This document shows, in pieces, positions 15,510 through 22,045 of a stretch of DNA of 33,835 nucleotides. Every line of letters starts with the position of its first letter. Position 1 is the first letter of the stretch. Position numbers and translations under genes: made by a program. The notes beneath the pieces are model-generated. The model searched no databases and was not told the origin of the DNA. It was given only the letters and a program-made list of their open reading frames with translations. Location of the stretch: IMG/VR virus record IMGVR_UViG_3300018430_002347; one strand, given 5' to 3'. The stretch is from a virus.

Positions 15510-17025
15510 TCGGTACCCGCGTTTCCCGATTATCACCGTGCAGATCACCCGTGTCATCCTCCAATCCGTCCATACCGACTGCAGGTTCATCCATGTCGAT
15601 CAGTCCCTGCTCCGCCTTCAGGCGTTCCACCTCGGCGTCTTTGTCTTCCTGTGTCCAGGTATCGCCGTACAGTTCTTCCACAGACTGTTCTATTGACATG
15701 ATTCCGCCCTGCTTGGCTTTAACAACTGTATCAACCGTTGTCCCGAAGTCCGGAGAAGCATATTCGCCAAACCTGACAGACACCTCGTACTCTTTTGCCG
15801 CAGGACCATGAATAAGATCGTTGACCATCATGATCCGTTCGATCAGCACCGGAAGCACCTCGTTAAGCGCATCCACTATCTTGCTGCGGACATGCAGCGT
15901 GACTTTTTCCTTCTCGCGCTGTGCCTCCGCGTTGTCGTTCTTCTTAAGGTCCATGCCGAGTGTTGCCGGACTCATAATTCCCTGGAGTACCAGATCCATA
16001 AAGGAAGCATAGCTGTTCACGTATGCCTCATAACTGATCTGCGGCTGTGAGACATCGATCTTATCCTGCGCTCCTTCTGTCTTCATGGATCCGACAGCGA
16101 TAAAATCGTTATCAAACGGATTTGCCTCAATCAGCTGCCCGGTATTCGGATCCCTTGGCACCATATCTTCCGGTATATACCGCTTCACGCGGCCCATGCG
16201 GACTGCATCAAGCCACTGGCTGATCACTTCATCCAGTGCATCCAAGACATCCGTCTTGGAGTCAAACAGGGCTTTACCGCGACCCTGCCACTTGCCCGAC
16301 CGGAAAACAATCAGCGGTACGGCCATCATGAAATCGCCATTAAACGTCGTGTCTTTTAATCCGGCAACTTCTTCGACTTCTGAAAGATCAACTTCTTTTC
16401 CGTCTTCACTGAACAGCCGGTATTTCACATAACCGATGCCGTATTCTTCCTCCAAACGGAATTCCTTCTTATCGGCCTGGTATGGCGTGTAGAATTTAAC
16501 AGCTGTGGTTTTTCTGCCCTTCGTAACAAACTCCACGCTGTCCGCCTCATAGAACGAAACAATCGGGAAATTACTCTCCGCATCGATGGAAATCTTGAAC
16601 GCTCCATCTGCAGAAGAAAGGGATCCAGCTATCGCATCTCCAAGCAACCCCGCAAAATCACAGTCCTTCGCAATCTCGTTCCAGGTGTCAAGTATCGGGT
16701 GAGAATCTTCGTCCTCCCCAAAATCAACACCGTCAAAATCAGCTGTGACAATATCCTTGTATCTGTCAACAACGATCGATACGATCCCGCTATGGATCTT
16801 CCTGACCTTCCCGTACGGTACCGCGGCCCAGAATCGATTCGTGTCCGTGTCCATTACTGCTGTCTGCTTAAAGAACTGCGCCAGCTCCGCAGGATCTCCG
16901 CGATACCAGATCTGATTTTTTAACACATTGGCACGGAAGGTCAGCGGTTCCCTGATCGTAATCCGCTTCTCCGTGGCCGGCTGCACTTTCAGCAGCTTAA
17001 ATACAAAATCTCTGAACCAGCCCAT
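15424..17025 (-). CDS. Portal protein, SPP1 gp6-like (533 aa)
   Basis: Follows terL with a start/stop overlap. Size, acidic C-terminal tail and sequence character fit the Phage_prot_Gp6 portal family. Confidence 0.9.
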   Translation of the reverse strand: MGWFRDFVFKLLKVQPATEKRITIREPLTFRANVLKNQIWYRGDPAELAQFFKQTAVMDTDTNRFWAAVPYGKVRKIHSGIVSIVVDRYKDIVTADFDGVDFGEDEDSHPILDTWNEIAKDCDFAGLLGDAIAGSLSSADGAFKISIDAESNFPIVSFYEADSVEFVTKGRKTTAVKFYTPYQADKKEFRLEEEYGIGYVKYRLFSEDGKEVDLSEVEEVAGLKDTTFNGDFMMAVPLIVFRSGKWQGRGKALFDSKTDVLDALDEVISQWLDAVRMGRVKRYIPEDMVPRDPNTGQLIEANPFDNDFIAVGSMKTEGAQDKIDVSQPQISYEAYVNSYASFMDLVLQGIMSPATLGMDLKKNDNAEAQREKEKVTLHVRSKIVDALNEVLPVLIERIMMVNDLIHGPAAKEYEVSVRFGEYASPDFGTTVDTVVKAKQGGIMSIEQSVEELYGDTWTQEDKDAEVERLKAEQGLIDMDEPAVGMDGLEDDTGDLHGDNRETRVPNDEGEGGSAPENSSGEGAGRNLRDPEGQ

Positions 17026-18431
17026 CAGGTCTGCTTCCTCCTTCCGATTCCGATCTTCGATTCATACGGCAGCCATCCGTACTGAACCGAGTTGATCATA
17101 TGGTCATTGCCGTCTTCCGGCTGATTGTCTTTATCTTCTTTCCAGCTGTATACTTCCAGCTCGTGAATGTATGTTCTGCAGTGATCCAGCACATAAAAGC
17201 ACGGCTCGGAGCCTGCATCCGCAAACCATCCGAGCTGTGTGTTGATCCTGTCTATGATTTTTTCTTTTTTCCAGGCATTTACGAAATTGTAAATGCATCC
17301 GTATATCCGCTTGAACTTCAGACATTCGGTTATTGTAGCCTGATCAGCAGAATCGATAAATACGTCCTTTGTAAAACCCCATTCCCTGCGGTTCCTTTCC
17401 AGGAAGTCGATCATGTTCTTTACAGTGTCGGACGGTGCAATTGGCACTGACAGCTCCGCGTTGTTATAGACTCGCTCATCCAGCACGATACATCTGCCTT
17501 TATTTGTGATGCCGATAAATGACATCGCAATCGTGTCCGGAGACTGTTGCGAGTACGCGGTGTCGACCGCGGCAGAAAAGAACCTGAAGCGCTCCTTCTG
17601 CCTCAATTCTACACTTGTGAGCCGCCTGTCAGATTCCTGTTCTTTGAACTGTTCCGCCCAGACCTTTGTTTTTACATGGACTTTTTTGTCAAAGTTGCTG
17701 AATACAAGGCCTGTTGCTCTGCCGCGCAGACCAAGGATCTTATTCTTCCACAGTTTTGTTCCTTCCGGGACATTATCCTTGATCCGTTTTAGCTTCTCAG
17801 GCGTCAGCGCTATATTGTCGTCGAAGTTAAAAAACCAATGCGTCCATCCTTCTTTCGGCTCTTCCGTCAGTTCCTCAAGGATCTCAGCAGGGGTGTCCTC
17901 TCTCCATGCTGGAAGCGGCCTGCTGTGATTGATGTATTCCTTGTACACCGGCAATGCCGGGTCATCCGGATTTAATGTTGCGAGCAGATAGTCGCAGCGC
18001 ATGGCTGCCTCTCTGACAAAGTCCATGTCTGCGATGTTGATCTCGTCGATATAAAGGCATCCGTACTGACCGCCTAATGCTTTCTTCCAGCGCTTCCTGT
18101 CATCATAGCCGAGCACAAGGATTTTCTTGTCATTTCCCGGTGCAACATGGAACAACAAATGCGGCAGCTTAAGGTCTTTTGTTCCGTTACCGTTGTATTC
18201 AACCAGACAGCCGAATTCCTCCCGGATCCCGTGGTCCTTGTCGATCAGATTCTTTTCAATCGTGCCGGTATCCAATCCGGCAATGATGTGCAGCGGTCTC
18301 GCACTCTCTGCAACATTCAGCATGAACTTGTAAATACCTACGGTTGTCTTTCCCGCTGCTGTTACACCTTCCAGAAACTCCACAGGCGCTTTGTGATCGA
18401 TGAAAGCATCAAACTTACGCCCGACCTTCAT
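17025..18431 (-). CDS. Terminase large subunit (468 aa)
   Basis: Walker A GVTAAGKTT near the N-terminus. Acidic nuclease-type C-terminal half. ATGA overlap with the terS stop. PBSX/Terminase_3-like. Confidence 0.95.
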   Translation of the reverse strand: MKVGRKFDAFIDHKAPVEFLEGVTAAGKTTVGIYKFMLNVAESARPLHIIAGLDTGTIEKNLIDKDHGIREEFGCLVEYNGNGTKDLKLPHLLFHVAPGNDKKILVLGYDDRKRWKKALGGQYGCLYIDEINIADMDFVREAAMRCDYLLATLNPDDPALPVYKEYINHSRPLPAWREDTPAEILEELTEEPKEGWTHWFFNFDDNIALTPEKLKRIKDNVPEGTKLWKNKILGLRGRATGLVFSNFDKKVHVKTKVWAEQFKEQESDRRLTSVELRQKERFRFFSAAVDTAYSQQSPDTIAMSFIGITNKGRCIVLDERVYNNAELSVPIAPSDTVKNMIDFLERNRREWGFTKDVFIDSADQATITECLKFKRIYGCIYNFVNAWKKEKIIDRINTQLGWFADAGSEPCFYVLDHCRTYIHELEVYSWKEDKDNQPEDGNDHMINSVQYGWLPYESKIGIGRRKQT

Positions 18432-18898
18432 CAGGCATCACCACGCCTCTCTCTGCGCTGCTCAAGCAGCTCTGACAGCTTCGACTGCTCTTCATCCATG
18501 CCGCCGACCTGAACCTTTTCCGTCCACATGCCGTATCGCTTACCAAGCAGCTCCGCTGCCTTAAGCCGGTCCTTCTCATCCGGAAGCTTAGTCACGCGCC
18601 TGGCTTCTGAGCATCCGTCTCCTATCCCCTCAATCACCACGATCTCCGACTGCGATTCTCCCCTCAGCACGCTTGTAAGGTACTCGACAATCTCCTGCTG
18701 ATCCGCGGTTCGATCGTTGTGGAGCTGCTCCATCTGCTTAGACAGGTATTTCTGAACCTTAGCGTTTCTAAGCAGTCTCCCCGCATTCACTGCGGCCACT
18801 GTATCTTTTTTCACGCTCGGATAGGCTGCCTTGTAGGCACGAGTGCCATTGCAGTCTATCAGGTATTCGTCACTGAACCTTTTCTGTTTTTCTGTCAT
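18431..18898 (-). CDS. Terminase small subunit (155 aa; start revised)
   Basis: Internal ATG 18898..18896 with RBS GAAAGGAGGGCTGCA. Product MTEKQKRFSDEYLIDCNGTRAYKAAYPSVK... is the typical Terminase_2 (P27-type) N-terminus. Confidence 0.85.
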   Translation of the reverse strand: MTEKQKRFSDEYLIDCNGTRAYKAAYPSVKKDTVAAVNAGRLLRNAKVQKYLSKQMEQLHNDRTADQQEIVEYLTSVLRGESQSEIVVIEGIGDGCSEARRVTKLPDEKDRLKAAELLGKRYGMWTEKVQVGGMDEEQSKLSELLEQRRERRGDA

Positions 18899-18990
18899 TG
18901 CAGCCCTCCTTTCGTCATTATGCAAACCGGGCATAACCCGGAAATAATCATGGTGCCGGACATCCGGCACCGAGTCATAAGGGGTTTGAA
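18899..18990 (-). promoter_or_regulatory. Putative late-operon control region upstream of terS, with two GC-rich hairpins
   Basis: Lies between a terminator and the terS RBS. Hairpins GGTGCCGG-ACAT-CCGGCACC (18952..18971) and CCGGG-CATAA-CCCGG (18927..18941). No clear sigma-A -35/-10, consistent with activator dependence. Confidence 0.35.
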
Positions 18991-19032
18991 GAAAAAGTAT
19001 GAAAAGAGCAGGAAGGCTTATCCTCCCTGCTC
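18991..19032 (-). terminator. Rho-independent terminator after the sigma-like regulator gene
   Basis: Minus strand GAGCAGGGAGG-ATAAG-CCTTCCTGCTC stem with one mismatch, followed by TTTTCATACTTTTTCTT. Confidence 0.55.
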
Positions 19033-19071
19033 TCTGGCAGCTTATACTATATCACAGACCCATACTGCATT

Positions 19072-19506
19072 TTAATGCACTCTTTTCGGAATTTCGAATT
19101 TTTGAAGTGCGCGGCCGTGTAATTCAAGCGTCCAGCGCTCTTCGTATCCCATTGCGTCCGCGATGTTCTCCCACTTGTAGCCCAGGATATACCGGTACCG
19201 CAAAAGGGTCTTCTCCGCTTCACCACATGGCATACTCTCAATAGCCTTAACAATCCGTGTCCTCGAAGCAGTGCTCTTCCTGAGCGTCTGAATCAGCTTT
19301 CTGCGGAGCCGGTCATACTGTGACGCGAAAACGGAAAGATCCCTTTCTCCTCCGGATCCATGCGGCATATCATCAACCACTTTTGAGGGAAGGATATAGC
19401 TGCTTTCAAGTTCCTCGATCTCAAGCAGGATTTCCTTCTCCTTTTGCTTGTAGTCAAGATACCTGCGAAGATATGCTTTTTTCTTTTCGTTCTCGTTCGC
19501 GCACAT
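19072..19506 (-). CDS. Sigma-70 region-4-like late transcription regulator (ArpU/RinA/DUF1492-like, 144 aa)
   Basis: ATG 19506 with RBS GACGAGGAGAATTGTTA. C-terminal HTH ...TLLRYRYILGYKWENIADAMGYEERWTLELHGRALQKF resembles sigma region 4. Sits directly upstream of terS, as in many Firmicutes phages. Confidence 0.6.
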   Translation of the reverse strand: MCANENEKKKAYLRRYLDYKQKEKEILLEIEELESSYILPSKVVDDMPHGSGGERDLSVFASQYDRLRRKLIQTLRKSTASRTRIVKAIESMPCGEAEKTLLRYRYILGYKWENIADAMGYEERWTLELHGRALQKFEIPKRVH

Positions 19507-19527
19507 TAACAATTCTCCTCGTCAAGA

Positions 19528-19833
19528 TCACAAATTCAGTCCGTCGTGTTCCGGGAATTCCATCTCACAAAGAAACGCGATATTGCATGCCAGATGCCAC
19601 AAATGCGGCAGTCCGCTTTCTTCGTCCACTCCCTGCGGGTCATCGAGGTATGCCATAAAATGCCTGAAGGCTGCATCCCTGTATCTTTCGACTTCAACGG
19701 TTTTCCAGTTATCCGGATCATGATATTTTGCATTACCGTACTCCCGGATTCTGGCGACCGCCCAGATAATTGCTCTTGGAACCAATGACAACCGGGGCTT
19801 ACCGGCATCTGCTTTAGCTCTCTGGTCACTCAC
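19528..19833 (-). CDS. DUF5664 / dATP-dGTP diphosphohydrolase N-terminal-like domain protein (101 aa)
   Basis: GTG start with RBS AAGGAGGTGCTAAAGGC. N-terminal motif DAGKPRLSLVPRAIIWAVARIREYGNAKY, recalled from phage MazG-associated proteins. Assignment is from memory and not verified. Confidence 0.45.
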   Translation of the reverse strand: MSDQRAKADAGKPRLSLVPRAIIWAVARIREYGNAKYHDPDNWKTVEVERYRDAAFRHFMAYLDDPQGVDEESGLPHLWHLACNIAFLCEMEFPEHDGLNL

Positions 19834-19992
19834 GCCTTTAGCACCTCCTTCATCGCATTCGCCATGTCCATCACTCCACGGATATAGCCAAGTGTGATAA
19901 TCCGCTGATGATCCGCATCATCATTTTGCTCATACATTTCCCAAGGGATTGTGTTTTCGTCGATTATTCTAAAAGCATTGTAATCTATCGTA

Positions 19993-20199
19993 TCATTTGT
20001 GATTCTCATCCGTAATCACCTCAATTCTCAGGTTCAAAGCATGTAAGATACTCAGAAATACTCCAAGTGTCATGCTCTTTCCTGATTCGGCTCTAATGAC
20101 TGTAGTACGGTGCACATCCGCTATCGCAGCCACATCCTCCTGTGAATAACCTAAATCCTCCCGCCGCATCTTAAGCAGCGTCCCGTAGTCAATTGTCAT
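19993..20199 (-). CDS. XRE-family HTH transcriptional regulator (68 aa; start revised)
   Basis: ATG 20199 with RBS GGAGGGACT. Motif LLKMRREDLGYSQEDVAAIADVHRTTVIRAESGK is a classic HTH_XRE. Confidence 0.7.
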   Translation of the reverse strand: MTIDYGTLLKMRREDLGYSQEDVAAIADVHRTTVIRAESGKSMTLGVFLSILHALNLRIEVITDENHK

Positions 20200-20467
20200 A
20201 GTCCCTCCATCCATTCGCAAGGTAGGGCTTTCCATCCTTGTCGATCAGAACCACAAAAGTACCGTTATGTGTGTTCATGAGATATTGCACTCCAGTATCT
20301 CGATCGGTTACCAGTGCGACGCCAATACTGTTTCCACCAGCCTCGACACGAAAGCGGGTCGGATCATCGAAGGCGTCAGCCCGCTTCAGTATGCTGTTAC
20401 CGCATCCGGTCATTGCTGCACCCATAATCATCATCGCAATCAAAATAATCAATTTCCTAGTCATCAT
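20189..20467 (-). CDS. Small secreted lipoprotein (92 aa)
   Basis: N-terminus MMTRKLIILIAMMIMGAAMTGCGNS has a basic n-region, a hydrophobic core and a lipobox-like MTGC. Overlaps the downstream XRE gene start by 11 nt. Confidence 0.55.
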   Translation of the reverse strand: MMTRKLIILIAMMIMGAAMTGCGNSILKRADAFDDPTRFRVEAGGNSIGVALVTDRDTGVQYLMNTHNGTFVVLIDKDGKPYLANGWRDYDN

Positions 20468-20835
20468 CTGAACCCCACATGTACTCCGATTTCGTCTTCG
20501 ACGATCTGAACCTGCTCATCCCATGTCAGATAATCTTCTGCAAGGCAGGCCGTTTTCAGGTTGAACCGTTCTATGAATTGTCGGCACCGTTTTTCTCCGA
20601 AGCCGAACTCATCATGTAGAACTGCCACAGCGAATACCAGGATCACCTGCATGCTCCGGTTAATAATCGTGTCGGCATAATCTTTCAGTTCCTTCTGCGT
20701 CTGCAGCACCTTCACTCCAAAAGACTGACGGAAGCGCAGTTCCTTGCCAAACTCTTCCAGGCCGTTCTTCCGGATCTGCTCGTAAGCGTAATACATCCCC
20801 TGGATCCGGCCCTCATACAGCTTATCTTTTGCCAT
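20464..20835 (-). CDS. Hypothetical phage protein (123 aa)
   Basis: RBS CTGGAGGAAATGATAG before ATG 20835. Co-oriented in a tightly overlapping gene string. Confidence 0.5.
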   Translation of the reverse strand: MAKDKLYEGRIQGMYYAYEQIRKNGLEEFGKELRFRQSFGVKVLQTQKELKDYADTIINRSMQVILVFAVAVLHDEFGFGEKRCRQFIERFNLKTACLAEDYLTWDEQVQIVEDEIGVHVGFR

Positions 20836-21040
20836 CTATCATTTCCTCCAGTGCATCGATCACATCCAGGATAAGCACGTGCATCGATCTGTTCGCCCCA
20901 TATCGATCCTCAAGCGAGTTAGCCTTTTGGACGACCTCCTGCCAGAATGCATCGTCATGGCTGGATGATGAAAATGCGAACGCTTTAAAGAACCTCCACA
21001 GATCGACTGTAAACTGATAAGCCTCATCCTGTGTGCTCAT
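20822..21040 (-). CDS. Hypothetical phage protein (72 aa; start revised)
   Basis: Internal ATG 21040..21038 forms an ATGA overlap with the stop of the DUF3846-like gene. Confidence 0.4.
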   Translation of the reverse strand: MSTQDEAYQFTVDLWRFFKAFAFSSSSHDDAFWQEVVQKANSLEDRYGANRSMHVLILDVIDALEEMIDGKR

Positions 21041-21363
21041 AGGTTTCCCCAATCCGAAAGTAGCTTTTTCCAGGATTTGAACGCCAGCGGACAATCGCAG
21101 AACTCAGGGCCGTCAACACCCACCACTGCAACTGTCCCGACGATCGTATCGCAGTGAGGCCATTTGCCCAGCTGGAAGTTCTTCGGGAGGCCGAAAATCT
21201 TACCGTCCTCATTGATGATCAAAGCCACCTCCGAAGAGATCCGGACGACCTCGATCCGGCCGTCTACGGTCTTCTGCAGATTTTTCAGCGAATTGGAGAT
21301 ATTCGTCACATGCCCGTAACGTTCATCCGGTCTTTTCACAATAGCTCTGATTTTTTCGCTCAT
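21037..21363 (-). CDS. DUF3846-like phage protein (108 aa; start revised)
   Basis: ATG 21363 with RBS GAACAGGAGGAACAGTG. Pattern IRAIVKRP...LQKTVDGRIEVVRIS..VALIINEDGKIFGLPKN...IVGTVAVVGVDGPEF matches the DUF3846 profile recalled from phage/conjugative-element proteins. Confidence 0.5.
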   Translation of the reverse strand: MSEKIRAIVKRPDERYGHVTNISNSLKNLQKTVDGRIEVVRISSEVALIINEDGKIFGLPKNFQLGKWPHCDTIVGTVAVVGVDGPEFCDCPLAFKSWKKLLSDWGNL

Positions 21364-21785
21364 CACTGTTCCTCCTGTTCGATTGCAGACACCTTGATAA
21401 AAATTCCCGGCTGATTGGACCATATCTTCTCGATGATCTCTCTTGCCACCTGCGCATCATCCTTCCAGAAGCCAACCCTTGTCATACAGTCTTTCAGGAG
21501 CTTGTCCAGGTTATCGGTATCCGGTTTCGTGATCCTGTACTGTCCCGGCCGGTTAGGTTCCTTCACAGGAAACAGCCAGACCGCGTGCAGCTCCAGCGGG
21601 ATCTTATCGGGCACCATTTCTTTCGGCTTGTGCTGAGCAAGGTTGGCAGTCAGCTTCGATCTGGCTTCTTTCAGCTCCGGAGAATCATAAGTGACCATCT
21701 TGCCGGATTTCGATTTTCCGATCCGATGTTCCTGTGCTGTTACAGTCGGCGGAATCATCGGCATAAAAAATTGAATTGCCTTCAT
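21363..21785 (-). CDS. rusA: RusA-family Holliday junction resolvase (141 aa; start revised)
   Basis: ATG 21785 with RBS GAGAGGAAAAAAGAGG. Motifs FFMPMIPPTVTAQEHRI and KPDTDNLDKLLKDCMTRVGFWKDDAQV parallel E. coli RusA LPWPPSNNRYY and [26 protein letters not shown]. Confidence 0.8.
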   Translation of the reverse strand: MKAIQFFMPMIPPTVTAQEHRIGKSKSGKMVTYDSPELKEARSKLTANLAQHKPKEMVPDKIPLELHAVWLFPVKEPNRPGQYRITKPDTDNLDKLLKDCMTRVGFWKDDAQVAREIIEKIWSNQPGIFIKVSAIEQEEQ

Positions 21786-21799
21786 CCTCTTTTTTCCTC

Positions 21800-22045
21800 T
21801 CGCGCGGATTGTCCGCGTCTGTGTCGGGGTAAGGTGGGTGTGCCTATGCACCCACCCTACCTACCCCGGTACGGACGTATACGTACGGACACACTAGTGT
21901 GTTTACACACATCGTCCCGCCCTATAGGGACGATCGTGTCCGTACTCGTGCGTCCCTAGTGGTAGGGACGATCGTAAAGACTCGTGCGTCCCTATATGCG
22001 TCCCTATAGGGACGGGACACGTCCCTACTCGTGCGTCCCTACTGG
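21800..22045. repeat. Iteron/palindrome-rich non-coding tract (candidate origin of replication)
   Basis: GTCCC occurs 6 times and GGGAC 4 times within 21914..22040. 15-bp direct repeat ACTCGTGCGTCCCTA x3 (21944, 21980, 22028). 13-bp direct repeat TAGGGACGATCGT x2. Perfect palindromes ACACACTAGTGTGT (21889..21902), CCCTATAGGG (21920..21929) and GTCCCTATAGGGAC (22000..22013). GTCCCTAgtggTAGGGAC inverted repeat. GTACGGAC x2 direct plus its inverse GTCCGTAC. CGCGGAttgTCCGCG hairpin. Confidence 0.6.

Noticed and set aside
15510-15590. Upstream part of track ORF 15321..15590
   Set aside because: Would overlap the portal gene by 166 nt in another frame. Only a shorter version from ATG 15509 is retained, and at low confidence.
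21800-22045. Possible CRISPR array
   Set aside because: Repeats are heterogeneous in length (13-15 bp), irregularly spaced, partly inverted and palindromic, with no uniform spacers and no cas genes. This fits an iteron/operator cluster rather than CRISPR.
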